Both the position numbers and the translations under genes were made by a program. A DNA stretch of 32,000 bases from Candidatus Saganbacteria bacterium (GTDB lineage Bacteria > Margulisbacteria > WOR-1 > JAKLHX01), in contig JAPLKZ010000010.1 in the NCBI GenBank assembly GCA_026387835.1, forward strand, positions 146,379 through 178,378, written 5' to 3'. Of this stretch, positions 8,500 through 19,193 are shown piece by piece. The notes below the pieces were generated by a model, which was given only the letters and a program-made list of their open reading frames with translations, searched no databases and was not told where the DNA came from. Each line of letters opens with the position of its first letter. Position 1 is the stretch's first letter.

Positions 8500-9375
8500 A
8501 TGGCAAACAAATTAAAACTCGGCCTTCCGAAAGGAAGCCTTCAGGATTCCACTTTCGGGCTTTTTGAAAAAGCGGGATACAAGATAAGGGTATCGGCAAG
8601 GTCATACTTTCCTACGATAGATGATGAAGAAATAGAGGTTATGCTCATCAGGGCGCAGGAAATGGCTCGTTATGTGGAAAGCAGGGTGATCGATTGCGGC
8701 CTGACAGGTACCGACTGGACGGTCGAGAGCGGCTGCAAGGTGGAAAAGATAAAGGACCTGATCTACGCGAAACAGGGACTGAGGAAAGTGAAATGGGTGC
8801 TCGCTGTCCCGAAAGGATCCCCGATCAAAAGCGCAAAAGACCTGCAGGGTAAAAGAGTAGCAACGGAACTTGTAAATGTCACGAAAGAATATTTAAAAAA
8901 GAACGGCGTGGACGCTTCGGTAGAATTCTCATGGGGAGCGACCGAGGCAAAACCGCCGGAGCTGGCGGATGCCATCGTCGAGCTTACTGAGACAGGGAGT
9001 TCCCTGCGCGCGAACAATCTTGAGATCATCGATACCGTCCTTGAATCAAATACTATATTCATCGCGAACCAGGACGCTTTAAAAGATAACTGGAAAAAAC
9101 AGAAGATAACAAACATACTGATGCTGCTTGAAGGCGCGCTGAACGCACAGACCCTTGTCGGGCTCAAGATGAACGTTCAAAAGAACGGGCTTGACGCCGT
9201 TTTGGGGGTCCTGCCGGCCCTGAAAAATCCGACAATAGCGCAACTGAGCGACCAGAACTGGGTAGATGTCGACACTATCATCGAAGAAAAGATAGTCCGC
9301 GATATCATCCCGAAACTGAAAGCCGCAGGGGCTGAAGGGATAGTCGAGTATCCGCTGAACAAGGTTATTTATTAG
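8500..9375 (+). CDS. hisG: ATP phosphoribosyltransferase (long form)
   Basis: [25 protein letters not shown]..., [24 protein letters not shown], and a regulatory-type C-terminal domain. Confidence 0.92.
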   Translation: MANKLKLGLPKGSLQDSTFGLFEKAGYKIRVSARSYFPTIDDEEIEVMLIRAQEMARYVESRVIDCGLTGTDWTVESGCKVEKIKDLIYAKQGLRKVKWVLAVPKGSPIKSAKDLQGKRVATELVNVTKEYLKKNGVDASVEFSWGATEAKPPELADAIVELTETGSSLRANNLEIIDTVLESNTIFIANQDALKDNWKKQKITNILMLLEGALNAQTLVGLKMNVQKNGLDAVLGVLPALKNPTIAQLSDQNWVDVDTIIEEKIVRDIIPKLKAAGAEGIVEYPLNKVIY

Positions 9376-11420
9376 TTCTTAAAGTGCCGGAGCGCTGAGT
9401 AAGTGATCGAGTATTTGTTCCCGGCGTTCCACACGAGGAAACTCCTTATTTTCAGATCGTCCAAAGCTTTTTTCTGCATAAGCACATAGTTCTCGCTGAA
9501 GTTCTTCACCCTCCAGTCAAAACCCTGGATCCACGGGACAAGTTTTGCATCGGCCCCTTCGATCAGCTTAAGCGATTTTTCACACCCGCGTTTAATAAAG
9601 AGATAGGGTTCGTCCACCGGGTTCTGATATCCGTCAAACCCTCTGTCAAAATGCGAGGGGTAAAGCATCGGACTGACCACAAAGACATACTTTGCCATCT
9701 CCCCTATCCTCTGGCCGGTTATTGAAATATCCATATCCTTGAGCCAGGCCATGACGCCAAAAATGTCTATCGCTATGGAAACATTGTATGGTTCAAGCCT
9801 TTCGTAAGCTTCCTTTAAAAATCTTTCGACCGCGTAGTATTTTTCCTTGTCACGCGGGACCGCAATATTGCTCACGCTGCCTTTTTCGGGAAATCTAATA
9901 TAGTCGAACTGGACTTCGTCCGCGCCCATCTTTGCCGCCGCTTCCGCGAGGTCGATGTTATATTTTCTGACCTCTTCTGAAAAAGGATCGACCCAGTTGA
10001 CCCCGTCATTTTCTGTCCAGACGTTTCCTGTTTTGCTCTTCAGGGCGAGATCAGGCCTTTTTTTTGCGAGTAGCCTGTCTTTGAACACCGCGATCCTTAC
10101 GGAGACCCTTATCCCGTTATCGTGCATTTTCTTTAAGACTTGTTTAAAGTCCTTGATGAATATCCTGTCCAGAGCTCCTATCTTTTTGGCAAGAGGCACT
10201 TCGACCGGGGTCCCGATAACTCCTTCTATGTCCTTCAGGTCGATGACAACGGTGTTTAGCCCTGTCTTTTTATAATTTTCTATAAGTTCATCCAGGCGGT
10301 TTTCAATTCCCGCACTGTGAAAAGTATAATAGACCCCTTTATCGGATGTTCTTATTCTGTTCATCCTGTCTTTTTTGGAAGAGATCCTTGATTCTTTCAC
10401 AAATTTATCGCCGTCATAGATTTTGATCTTCATTCCCGCTTTTAGCGCGGTCTTATCCAGGAGTTTTTCGTCTTTTTGCTGAAAGGTTATTGTGTTCGGG
10501 TCTCCATCGCTGACGTAAAACTCCCGGGTATGCTTTTTCATGTAGGAGATCCATTTATCAAGTTCTACATCGCTTGCCTGGATCCTTTGCACCATTGCCG
10601 GATCAAAATCGGTGCGGAAAGGAGGGGTCGCCGGGGACCAGCCTACAAGGAACGCGACTTTGTAATGATAGGTTATCCCTCCGTAAGTACCGTCCTGCAG
10701 GAGCCATCTTCCTCTTTTTGGCAAAATGCCGAAAGGCAGGGCAACTGAAGAAGCTTCATGAGAAGGTATTGCCTCATAGATCTTTGCCTGCAACAGCGCG
10801 ATCTCCTTCTTTATGCCGTTAAAATCGAGGTCCGAAAGTTTCGCGTGGGTCAAAGTGTGATTGCCGATCTCCCTTCCGGTCCTGACAAGATATTTCAGCT
10901 TCTCTTTCCAGAGCGATGGGCATTCTTTCTGATAAAAAGGCCGGGAATTTATGAAAAATGTCGCGGCCCTGCCGAAATCCGAATGCTTCCTGCAGAACTC
11001 GTCAAGTATACCTACGGCGCAGTCCGGATCGATCTTGGGAATACCGCCGCTGCCCTCGACTGTCGAACCTTTCACAATAAGAAACCTGAATTGTGTGGGG
11101 TGTCCGTCGTCAAATGTCATGACAAGCGGCTTTCTTCCTTCAGGAACTTTGACACGGCTGTTGTTGAAAAGGTCGTTGATACTTACAAGACAGAAGCCTT
11201 CGGCATAAAATTTTTCAAGGTCTTTCCTGAAATTGGCCGCGGACCTTATCCACTCGCCTTTTCCGTCTTCGATCCTGTGATATTCGACGACGAATATCCT
11301 GCCGAGCTCATTATAAGGCCCTTTTACGACCAGGGGCGAAGGCCCTGTCGCCTTCTGGCATGAAGACAACAAAATGCCCGTAAAAAATAAAGCTGAAAAT
11401 ATTAAAAGGCGGGGACGCAT
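9372..11420 (-). CDS. lipoprotein with polysaccharide deacetylase domain and putative glycoside hydrolase (DUF4015-like) domain
   Basis: Start placed at ATG 11420 giving lipobox signal [34 protein letters not shown]...[10 protein letters not shown]...[16 protein letters not shown] is NodB-like; [14 protein letters not shown]...[16 protein letters not shown]...SIAIDIFG is DUF4015-like. Confidence 0.85.
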   Translation of the reverse strand: MRPRLLIFSALFFTGILLSSCQKATGPSPLVVKGPYNELGRIFVVEYHRIEDGKGEWIRSAANFRKDLEKFYAEGFCLVSINDLFNNSRVKVPEGRKPLVMTFDDGHPTQFRFLIVKGSTVEGSGGIPKIDPDCAVGILDEFCRKHSDFGRAATFFINSRPFYQKECPSLWKEKLKYLVRTGREIGNHTLTHAKLSDLDFNGIKKEIALLQAKIYEAIPSHEASSVALPFGILPKRGRWLLQDGTYGGITYHYKVAFLVGWSPATPPFRTDFDPAMVQRIQASDVELDKWISYMKKHTREFYVSDGDPNTITFQQKDEKLLDKTALKAGMKIKIYDGDKFVKESRISSKKDRMNRIRTSDKGVYYTFHSAGIENRLDELIENYKKTGLNTVVIDLKDIEGVIGTPVEVPLAKKIGALDRIFIKDFKQVLKKMHDNGIRVSVRIAVFKDRLLAKKRPDLALKSKTGNVWTENDGVNWVDPFSEEVRKYNIDLAEAAAKMGADEVQFDYIRFPEKGSVSNIAVPRDKEKYYAVERFLKEAYERLEPYNVSIAIDIFGVMAWLKDMDISITGQRIGEMAKYVFVVSPMLYPSHFDRGFDGYQNPVDEPYLFIKRGCEKSLKLIEGADAKLVPWIQGFDWRVKNFSENYVLMQKKALDDLKIRSFLVWNAGNKYSITYSALRHFKN

Positions 11421-11492
11421 CGTAAGGGTATTATAGCAGATTAATGCGGCGGGCAAATTGCTCATGTTCCATCCAAAAGGAGGTGATAATGA

Positions 11493-11894
11493 ATGGCAGG
11501 ACTTAACAGGATGATACTGACCGGCAATCTGACGCGTGATCCCGAGATCAGGTTCACAAAGAACGAAGTGCCTGTAGCGCATTTTACCGTCGCGGTGAAC
11601 GGCATCCCGAGGAACGGGGAAAAAGGTGATGTCAATTTCTTTAATTGTGTCGCATGGAGAGGCCTCGCAAATATTTGCGGAGAATATCTCAAAAAAGGGA
11701 GCTCCGTCGCGATAGAAGGTAAGCTCCGGATAAAGGCTTACGAAAGCAAAGGCGTCAAGAAACAGGCGACCGAGATCTGGGTAGACAATATGATGATGCT
11801 GGATAAAAAGTTCCTGAAAGCCGCAAAGGATAATACTGCGGAGGAATCCGAAGAAGCCGAAGGAGCGGAAAATGAGCTTGTAAGTACCTCTTAG
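11493..11894 (+). CDS. ssb: single-stranded DNA-binding protein
   Basis: MAGLNRMILTGNLTRDPEIRFT...FFNCVAWRGLANICGEYLKKG; preceded by AAAGGAGGTGATA Shine-Dalgarno. Confidence 0.92.
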   Translation: MAGLNRMILTGNLTRDPEIRFTKNEVPVAHFTVAVNGIPRNGEKGDVNFFNCVAWRGLANICGEYLKKGSSVAIEGKLRIKAYESKGVKKQATEIWVDNMMMLDKKFLKAAKDNTAEESEEAEGAENELVSTS

Positions 11895-11989
11895 ATCCTT
11901 TCCTTAATGAGGGCCTTGGGTGTTGAAAAATCCGACACCGGGGCCCTTCCCTCCTTGAAAATATTTATGGCATCGCCTATTATGTTTTT

Positions 11990-12871
11990 ATGCGGAAAAA
12001 GCAGCAAATAGATCTTTTGCGGATAATCGCCCTTCTTTTGATATTTCTGATGATGATCTATGCCTGGCTCTTCATTTTTATGCCGAGAAGCATACCTCAC
12101 GCCCTGATGTTATTTGTCCCGGGGTCAAAATTGAACATCATACTGATCGGCAAGGATCATTCTTACGATGAATTCCATAATATGGTTAAAAACAGCCGGT
12201 CCGATACATTGATCCTGGCCCAGATAAACCCTTTTATCAATAAAATAACCCTTGTTTCAATACCGCGGGATTCGTTCGTCGATATCCCGGGATACGGGTC
12301 CCGCAAGATCAATGAAGCATATTTGAACGGAAAAGAAGACCTTGTGAAAACGACCGTCAAACAGCTTATCGGCATCGATATTCACGGCTATATGACGGTA
12401 GATACAAAGGGCTTCGTCTCCGTTGTCGACAGCCTCGGGGGATTAGTTTTCTATGTCGAAAAAAATATGCGCTACGACGATAACTGGGGAGGTCTGCATA
12501 TCGACCTGAAAAAAGGAAAACAAAGGCTTTCAGGAAAACAGCTTGAAGGATACGTGAGGTTCAGGCACGACAGCGAAGGCGATATCGCCAGGGTCAGGCG
12601 GCAACAGGCCTCTCTTAAGCAGATATTTAAGAAACTGTCTTCGCCGGCGGCGCTTGTAAGGCTGCCGTGGATCATTCCTTCCGTAAAGGCTTCGATCGAA
12701 ACGGACATCTCATTTACCGGCCTTTTGCGTATAGCCAATTTTGCCCGCAGTATCGAACCAAGCGATATAAGGATATTCACCCTGCCGGGACATATCAAAG
12801 ACGGCGATCCTCACTGGTATATCGATCCTGAAATGACAAGAGGACTCTTTTTAGAAAACAAGATACTCTGA
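11990..12871 (+). CDS. LytR-CpsA-Psr (LCP) family protein
   Basis: N-terminal TM segment; SRSDTLILAQINPFINKITLVSIPRDSFVDIPGYG, KINEAY, YVRFRHDSEGDIARVRRQQ. Confidence 0.92.
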   Translation: MRKKQQIDLLRIIALLLIFLMMIYAWLFIFMPRSIPHALMLFVPGSKLNIILIGKDHSYDEFHNMVKNSRSDTLILAQINPFINKITLVSIPRDSFVDIPGYGSRKINEAYLNGKEDLVKTTVKQLIGIDIHGYMTVDTKGFVSVVDSLGGLVFYVEKNMRYDDNWGGLHIDLKKGKQRLSGKQLEGYVRFRHDSEGDIARVRRQQASLKQIFKKLSSPAALVRLPWIIPSVKASIETDISFTGLLRIANFARSIEPSDIRIFTLPGHIKDGDPHWYIDPEMTRGLFLENKIL

Positions 12872-12897
12872 TTTGCAATATGATATAATTTTCACAA

Positions 12898-14022
12898 ATG
12901 AGATCCGCCATAAAAGTAGGCACGCTTATCGGCATCCCAATAGAGATAAATTATTCGTGGCTCCTGATATTCGGGCTCGTCACTTGGACCCTTGCCACAC
13001 TCCATTTTCCATACCGCGTGCCGGGACTTCCGCCTCTCCATTATTGGATAGCCTCCGTCATCGCGGCATTCCTGCTGTTCGTCTCTTTGCTTCTGCACGA
13101 GCTCGCACATTCATATATAGCGCAGAAGAAAGGCCTGGCCATAAAAAAGATAACCCTTTTTATTTTTGGCGGGGTCGCGCAGATGGAAAGTGAGCCGGAA
13201 CTGCCAAACATCGAATTCCAAATGGCGCTTGCGGGGCCTTTTTTCAGTCTGTCAATGGCCGCTTTTTCATTCGTATTGATGAGCATTTTAACCGCTATGG
13301 GGATAAGCGGTCTTTCGGTTGAAACATTTAGATATCTTTGGTGGATGAACGTTACTATAGCTGTCTTCAACATGATACCGGGATTCCCGCTTGACGGCGG
13401 CCGCGTCCTCAGGGCGGTGATATGGCATTTCAACGGGAACCTCAGGGACGCGACAAGAATAGCCACGATATTCGGAAAACTTTTCTCGTTCGCCTTCATG
13501 ATGACCGGACTTTTCTTTCTTTATATGATGCAGTTCGTCACCGGTATCTGGTTCATCGTTATAGGGCTTTTCCTGCACGAGGCGGCCGAGCTCTGCTACC
13601 AGCAGCTGATACTGAAAAAAGCCCTCCTGGGCGTCCCGGTCAGGGACGTGATGGTCGCGGATGTAATAACCGTCCATCCCGAACTCACGATCGACAGGCT
13701 GATAAGGGATTATTTTTATAAACACCGCCACATGGGATTTCCGGTCGTCGAGAACGGCAAACTTTTAGGTCTGATCACACTGCAGGATGTCGGACAGATA
13801 CCGGACGACCGGAAACCTTTGACAAAAGTCAGGGATCTGACTGTCCCCGCCAAACAGGAGCTTTTGATATGCCCGGAACATGACGCGCTTGAAGCTCTGC
13901 TTAAAGTCACCAAGTCAGGCCTCGGAAAACTCCTTGTGGTCGAGAACGGCCGGTTGCTCGGCATAATCGCCCAGACAGACCTTGTAAAGCTATTTGAGAT
14001 AAAGACCCATCTTTGCAGATAG
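12898..14022 (+). CDS. site-2 protease (M50) family protein with C-terminal CBS domains
   Basis: LLLHELAHSYIAQ (HExxH), GFPLDGGRVLRA (DG motif), and a CBS-pair-like C-terminus. Confidence 0.93.
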   Translation: MRSAIKVGTLIGIPIEINYSWLLIFGLVTWTLATLHFPYRVPGLPPLHYWIASVIAAFLLFVSLLLHELAHSYIAQKKGLAIKKITLFIFGGVAQMESEPELPNIEFQMALAGPFFSLSMAAFSFVLMSILTAMGISGLSVETFRYLWWMNVTIAVFNMIPGFPLDGGRVLRAVIWHFNGNLRDATRIATIFGKLFSFAFMMTGLFFLYMMQFVTGIWFIVIGLFLHEAAELCYQQLILKKALLGVPVRDVMVADVITVHPELTIDRLIRDYFYKHRHMGFPVVENGKLLGLITLQDVGQIPDDRKPLTKVRDLTVPAKQELLICPEHDALEALLKVTKSGLGKLLVVENGRLLGIIAQTDLVKLFEIKTHLCR

Positions 14023-14034
14023 GAGCAGCCGCAA

Positions 14035-14541
14035 GTGAAAAAAGCCGTGCTGGTGATCGCACATGAAGCTTTCAGGGACGAAGAATATTTCCATCCTAAA
14101 GAGATACTTGAAAAGAACGGCATCTTCGTTAGGACTGTTTCCGCAAAAAAAGGCGCCTGCCTTGGAAAATTGGGCGCAAAGGCTGAGTGCGACATGGCCC
14201 TCTCCGAGACTAAAGCATCTGATTTTGACGGAATATTTTTTATAGGAGGACCTGGAGCTTATGATTTTTTCGAAGATAAGACAGCGCACGGCCTACTGAC
14301 AGATGCGGTATCTCTTGGGAAAGTCGTCGGCGGGATCTGCGCGGGAGCGGCTGTCCTGGCGCACGCGGGAATATTAAAAGGAAAAAAGGCGACTTCTTTC
14401 TCGGGAGTAAGACAGGACCTTGAAAAATACGGTGCTCATTACACGGCTGCAAGTGTGGAGGTCGACGGAAAGGTGATCACTGCCGACGGGCCGCAGTCGG
14501 CAAAGCAGTTCGGCGAAGCGATCGTAAAAGCTCTGGCTTAA
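14035..14541 (+). CDS. DJ-1/PfpI family protein
   Basis: VLVIAHEAFRDEEYFHPKEILEKNG..., nucleophile elbow GGICAGAAVLAHAGILKGKKAT. Confidence 0.9.
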   Translation: MKKAVLVIAHEAFRDEEYFHPKEILEKNGIFVRTVSAKKGACLGKLGAKAECDMALSETKASDFDGIFFIGGPGAYDFFEDKTAHGLLTDAVSLGKVVGGICAGAAVLAHAGILKGKKATSFSGVRQDLEKYGAHYTAASVEVDGKVITADGPQSAKQFGEAIVKALA

Positions 14542-16233
14542 ATGGACAACCAGCAGATAGCAAAATATTTCTACGACATCGCGAAACTTCTCGAGATAAA
14601 GGACGAGAACCCCTTCAGGATACGTTCCTATCAAAAGGCCGCGCAGACGATCGAGGCTTATCCCGAGAGTATCGAGGACATTTACAACTCCGGCGGGATA
14701 GAGGAGCTCAAAAAGATTACGGGCATCGGCGACAGCATCTCCCATAAGATCGGGGAAACAATAGAACGCGGGCATCCAAAGATCATAGATGAACTGTTCA
14801 AGGAAGAACCGAAAGGCCTTCTGGGTATCATGGACATCCAGGGCATCGGCCCGAAGTTCACCAAGATGGTCTATAAAGAACTCGGGATCAGGAATGTAAA
14901 CGATCTTGAAAAAGCCGCGAAAAGCGGCAAGCTCCGGGGTCTTCCCGGAGTGGAAAAAAAGAGGATCGAAAATATCATCAAAGGCATTGATTCGTATAAA
15001 ACAAGGGCCTCAAAGCATTATATCGGCGATGTCCTGCCTTTTGCTAAGGAGATCGAAAGCATCCTTAAAAGATCGAGGTGCGTCAAGAAGATACTTATAT
15101 GCGGAAGCCTCCGCAGGATGAAAGAGAACATCGGAGATATAGATATTCTTGCGACCTCTGATGACAGGAAAGCGGTGATGGATGTCTTCACAAAACTCCC
15201 GCAAGTCAGGGATATCGTCGCGAAAGGCGATACAAAATCATCGGTCAGCCTGAAGAACGGCATGGACAGCGATCTGCGTGTGGTCGATGAGGAAAGTTTC
15301 GGGGCGGCATCTAATTATTTTACGGGATCAAAACAGCATAATATCAAAATGAGGCATGCCGCAATAAAAAAAGGCCTGAAGCTTAACGAGTACGGCGTCT
15401 TCAAAGGCAAGAGATGCGTTGCAGGAAGAAGCGAGGGCGAAGTCTTCAAAGCCCTGGGAATGCAGTTCATCCCGCCAGAGATAAGAGAGGACAGCGGAGA
15501 AGTGGAGCTAGCGCAAAAAAGGAAGCTCCCGACACTGATAGAACTTTCAGATATAAAAGGCGATTTTCATGTCCACTCAAATTACAGCGACGGCTCGGAC
15601 ACCATAGAAGAGATAGCTAAGGCCGCAAAAAAACTTGGGTATGAGTTCATCACGATCTCTGACCATTCGAAGTCCACAAAGATAGCCGGTGGCCTGACCG
15701 AAAAAGAGCTTCTAAAACAGATGGGGGAGATCGACCGTTTGAACAGGAAGATAAAAGGCATCAGGATACTGAAAGGCTCCGAAGTTGATATTTTACCTGA
15801 CGGGTCCCTTGATTTTGACGATGAAATACTTAAAAAGCTTGATGTCGTGGTAGCTTCGGTCCATTCAAGGTTCGGCATGGGCGAAGACGAGATGACGGGC
15901 AGGATTATTAAGGCGATGGAAAATAAATTCGTCACTATCATCGGCCATCCGACGGGAAGGCTGCTCAGCAGGCGTGACCCGTATAAATTGGATATTGACA
16001 GGCTTGCCGCTGCAGCAAAAAAATACGGAAAGGCGCTTGAGCTCAACTGCTATCCCGACCGGCTTGACCTGAGCGACATCAACTGCCGTCTTGCAAAAGA
16101 AAAGGACGTGAAGATAGCGATAGGTACTGATTCACATTCTGCCGTTCAGTTGTCTCATATGGAATTAGGCATCGGTATCGCGAGAAGAGGATGGCTGGGA
16201 AAAAAGGACGTATTAAACTGCCGGACTTATTAA
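14542..16233 (+). CDS. polX: DNA polymerase/3'-5' exonuclease PolX (Pol-beta-like plus PHP domain)
   Basis: N-terminal helix-hairpin-helix units, nucleotidyltransferase region ILICGSLRRMKENIGDIDIL, C-terminal PHP domain GDFHVHSNYSDGSDTIEEIA, GTDSHSAVQL. Confidence 0.93.
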   Translation: MDNQQIAKYFYDIAKLLEIKDENPFRIRSYQKAAQTIEAYPESIEDIYNSGGIEELKKITGIGDSISHKIGETIERGHPKIIDELFKEEPKGLLGIMDIQGIGPKFTKMVYKELGIRNVNDLEKAAKSGKLRGLPGVEKKRIENIIKGIDSYKTRASKHYIGDVLPFAKEIESILKRSRCVKKILICGSLRRMKENIGDIDILATSDDRKAVMDVFTKLPQVRDIVAKGDTKSSVSLKNGMDSDLRVVDEESFGAASNYFTGSKQHNIKMRHAAIKKGLKLNEYGVFKGKRCVAGRSEGEVFKALGMQFIPPEIREDSGEVELAQKRKLPTLIELSDIKGDFHVHSNYSDGSDTIEEIAKAAKKLGYEFITISDHSKSTKIAGGLTEKELLKQMGEIDRLNRKIKGIRILKGSEVDILPDGSLDFDDEILKKLDVVVASVHSRFGMGEDEMTGRIIKAMENKFVTIIGHPTGRLLSRRDPYKLDIDRLAAAAKKYGKALELNCYPDRLDLSDINCRLAKEKDVKIAIGTDSHSAVQLSHMELGIGIARRGWLGKKDVLNCRTY

Positions 16234-16238
16234 AGAGA

Positions 16239-17339
16239 TCAGAATCTTGAGGCTATGTTCTGCAGGAACTCCGGGACATCGATAGAGTGTTTTGGTTTTG
16301 GGGTCTGCTGGGGAACCTTTTCATGAGGCGTACTTTGAGGGACTGTCTTTGAAGCCTGCTCGAATATTACCGCGCCCGACTCGGCCCTCTGCCTGAAGCC
16401 TGTAGCTATCACTGTGATCATGATATCACCCTGCATTTTTTCGTCTATCACTGCTCCGAATATTATATTGGCGTCCGGGTCCACCGCGTTGTAGATGACC
16501 TGAGCTGCTTCGTTGACCTCGTAAAGTGTCAGGTCTGAACCGCCGGTCACGTTCATTATCACGCCTTTAGCGCCTGTTATCGTCTCTTCAAGCAGCGGGG
16601 AAGAGATCGCCTGCTCGGCCGCCTCTATCGCCCTGTTGTCCCCTCCGGCAAGCCCGATGCCCATCATCGCGGACCCCGCATCCATCATTATCGTCCGCAC
16701 GTCCGCAAAATCAAGATTGATCAGTCCGGGAACAGTTATCAGATCCGAGATGCCTTTGACGCCCTGGCGCAACACATCGTCCGCGACCTTAAAGGCATCG
16801 ATGATGGAGGTCCTTTTGTCAATCACCTGGAGAAGTTTATCGTTGGGGATGACTATCAGCGCGTCGACTTTTTCTTTTAAAAGAGCTATACCGTTCTCCG
16901 CCTGAGCTGTCCTGACAGGGCCTTCGAATTTGAACGGCTTTGTGACTACACCTATCGTCAGGACGCCGAGGTCCTTTGCAACTTCGGCTATTACGGGCGT
17001 GGATCCGGTCCCCGTGCCGCCGCCGAACCCGGCGGTCAAAAATATCATGTCAGCGCCTTCGACGACCTTGGCGATATCTTCGCGTGATTCTTCGGCCGCG
17101 CGCATCCCTATCTCGGGATTGGATCCGGCGCCAAGACCTTTTGTGAGCTTTCCGCCAAGCTGTATCTTGTTGTCCGAAAGAGAAACGTTCAGGGCCTGCA
17201 GGTCCGTGTTTGCCACCCAGAAATCGACGCCTTTAAGCCCTGCGCCTATCATGCGGTTCACGGCGTTCGTGCCCGCTCCGCCCACGCCGAAAACCTTGAT
17301 GTTCGCGAACCTTTTTATTTCATCACCCTTGGCCTGCAC
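16239..17339 (-). CDS. ftsZ: cell division protein FtsZ (GTG start)
   Basis: [33 protein letters not shown] (tubulin signature), conserved C-terminal peptide IDVPEFLQ. Confidence 0.97.
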   Translation of the reverse strand: MQAKGDEIKRFANIKVFGVGGAGTNAVNRMIGAGLKGVDFWVANTDLQALNVSLSDNKIQLGGKLTKGLGAGSNPEIGMRAAEESREDIAKVVEGADMIFLTAGFGGGTGTGSTPVIAEVAKDLGVLTIGVVTKPFKFEGPVRTAQAENGIALLKEKVDALIVIPNDKLLQVIDKRTSIIDAFKVADDVLRQGVKGISDLITVPGLINLDFADVRTIMMDAGSAMMGIGLAGGDNRAIEAAEQAISSPLLEETITGAKGVIMNVTGGSDLTLYEVNEAAQVIYNAVDPDANIIFGAVIDEKMQGDIMITVIATGFRQRAESGAVIFEQASKTVPQSTPHEKVPQQTPKPKHSIDVPEFLQNIASRF

Positions 17340-17448
17340 TAATCATAACCCCCTATAAATAATAAACCTGTTTGCTGATTTTCTTGAGAAATTCATGCTG
17401 CTTGACTATTTTATTTTAGCATATCTTTATATGAAAACAAGAAGAAAA

Positions 17449-18201
17449 TCATTTTTTGAACCTGATCACGGGATCGTTCACCAGGCGGACATCAATATAT
17501 TCGATCTTTGATGTATCGCTGCCCGCGGACCTTAAAAGCTGGGCCAGGTTTGACAGTTTCCTGTCGATGTTATCCGGATATCCTATTTTTACATCCAGCG
17601 TGTCATCGATCAGGATACTCAGGCTGTCGGATTTTTTCATCACGAGGACGAACTTGCTTTTTGTAAATACCGGGCTCAGCGTCCTGAAGGATTTTTCGAT
17701 CGCCGACATCACGTCCGGCCTGACCCTTTTGTCATCGACTATCGATCCTTTCGGAAGACCGATAACTGTCGGCAATTTCGATACCTCGGCCTGTATCTGC
17801 GTGCGGGCGCTTCCCTTGACGGAATCTATTATCACGCCCTTTTCATCGACGACTATATAGTCACCGCCGACAAGGAATACCGCGAAAGGGGTCCTTTCTT
17901 CGATCTTTATTTCGATCGTTGACGGTATCTTTGCGGAAAGACGCGCATTTTTCACCTGCGGTATCTCTTTGAGTCGGCGCGTCACCTCGCGGTAATTGAC
18001 AAAAAAGATGTTCTCGTCAAATGAGATGTTGGCTTTTTGTTTTACCAGCTCGGGCGATATCATTGAATTGCCCGTGACGGTGATATTGTTGATCCTCCAG
18101 ACCGGAAGTGAAAGCAGGATTATCAGACAGCTCGCGGCTGCAAGGGAAAAGATGATCACTTTGACCGGTCTGAGATTTCTTTTTTTTTCTTTCTTTTTCA
18201 C
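17449..18201 (-). CDS. ftsQ: cell division protein FtsQ/DivIB (POTRA)
   Basis: Basic N-terminus plus one TM; POTRA-like INNITVTGNSMISPELVKQKA; IPQVKNARLSAKIPSTIEIKIEERTPFA. Confidence 0.9.
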   Translation of the reverse strand: MKKKEKKRNLRPVKVIIFSLAAASCLIILLSLPVWRINNITVTGNSMISPELVKQKANISFDENIFFVNYREVTRRLKEIPQVKNARLSAKIPSTIEIKIEERTPFAVFLVGGDYIVVDEKGVIIDSVKGSARTQIQAEVSKLPTVIGLPKGSIVDDKRVRPDVMSAIEKSFRTLSPVFTKSKFVLVMKKSDSLSILIDDTLDVKIGYPDNIDRKLSNLAQLLRSAGSDTSKIEYIDVRLVNDPVIRFKK

Positions 18202-19146
18202 TTACAAAGCGCTCTCAAGGATGCGCAGAACAAGTTCGTCATAAGATATGCCCCCGGATGCCGCCTGGGCCGGCAGGTCCGAAAGGTCAGTCATGCCGGG
18301 TATAGTGTTGGCGTCATGCACATAAGGGGTCCCGTCGCTGTCGACGATCATGTCCACCCTGGCAAACCCCGCACATCCGATAGACCTGTACGCGTCAAGC
18401 GCGGTCTTTTGAACCCTTTGATAGACGGGCTTCGGAAGCCTTGCAGGGATGACGAACTCCGTCATGCCGGAAGTATATTTGGCCGCGTAGTCATAGAACA
18501 CGGATTTTGTCACAAGCTCAAGGACCGGAAGGGCCCTGGCGTTTTCTCCTGTTCCTAGTATCCCGACAGTCACCTGTACGCCGGCTATATATTCTTCAAT
18601 AAATACATCCCCGAACTCCTTGACCGTGCTTTCTACCGTCCCGAATAGTTTGTCCTTTTCATGGATTATTGTCACTCCGAGGCTCGAACCCTCCGAAACG
18701 GGTTTCACTACAAGTGGCACAGGGAAAGTCGTGCTGACCCTGTCACACTGTACCGGAATATCTTTCTCTTTGTCGATCTCGATGAACTTAGGGGTTGGAA
18801 TGCCGCATGACATCCATATTTTCTTTGAAGCCGCCTTATTCATGCCAACCGCGCTTGCAAGTACTTTAGAACCCGTATAAGGAATACCAAGTATTTCAAG
18901 AAGCCCCTGGATAGAACCGTCCTCGCCGTATCTTCCGTGCAGCATTATGCAGGCGATATCCGGCTTTTTATTTCTGAGTTCGCTGATGAATTCTTCTTTA
19001 GTGTCCACCAGGAATGCATCCAGCCCTTGCGAGACAAGGGACTCGTGGACCTTTTTGCCCGAACGCAGAGATACGTCCCTTTCACCGGAAATGCCGCCGT
19101 AAAGGACCGCGATCTTTTTGTTCTTGAACTTTTCTATAATAGACAT
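18202..19146 (-). CDS. ddl: D-alanine--D-alanine ligase
   Basis: VLYGGISGERDVSLRSG, HGRYGEDGSIQGLLEILGIPYTGS, VDMIVDSDGTPYVHDANTIPGMTDLS. Confidence 0.94.
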   Translation of the reverse strand: MSIIEKFKNKKIAVLYGGISGERDVSLRSGKKVHESLVSQGLDAFLVDTKEEFISELRNKKPDIACIMLHGRYGEDGSIQGLLEILGIPYTGSKVLASAVGMNKAASKKIWMSCGIPTPKFIEIDKEKDIPVQCDRVSTTFPVPLVVKPVSEGSSLGVTIIHEKDKLFGTVESTVKEFGDVFIEEYIAGVQVTVGILGTGENARALPVLELVTKSVFYDYAAKYTSGMTEFVIPARLPKPVYQRVQKTALDAYRSIGCAGFARVDMIVDSDGTPYVHDANTIPGMTDLSDLPAQAASGGISYDELVLRILESAL

Positions 19147-19193
19147 GTCTTCATTCTTATATTATCAAACCAAATGTTATAATTCAAATTAAC

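Noticed and set aside
11891-12100. 69-aa minus-strand ORF between ssb and the LCP gene
   Set aside because: Overlaps the LCP start and has no protein-like features.
16930-17358. 142-aa plus-strand ORF opposite ftsZ
   Set aside because: Antisense to highly conserved coding sequence.
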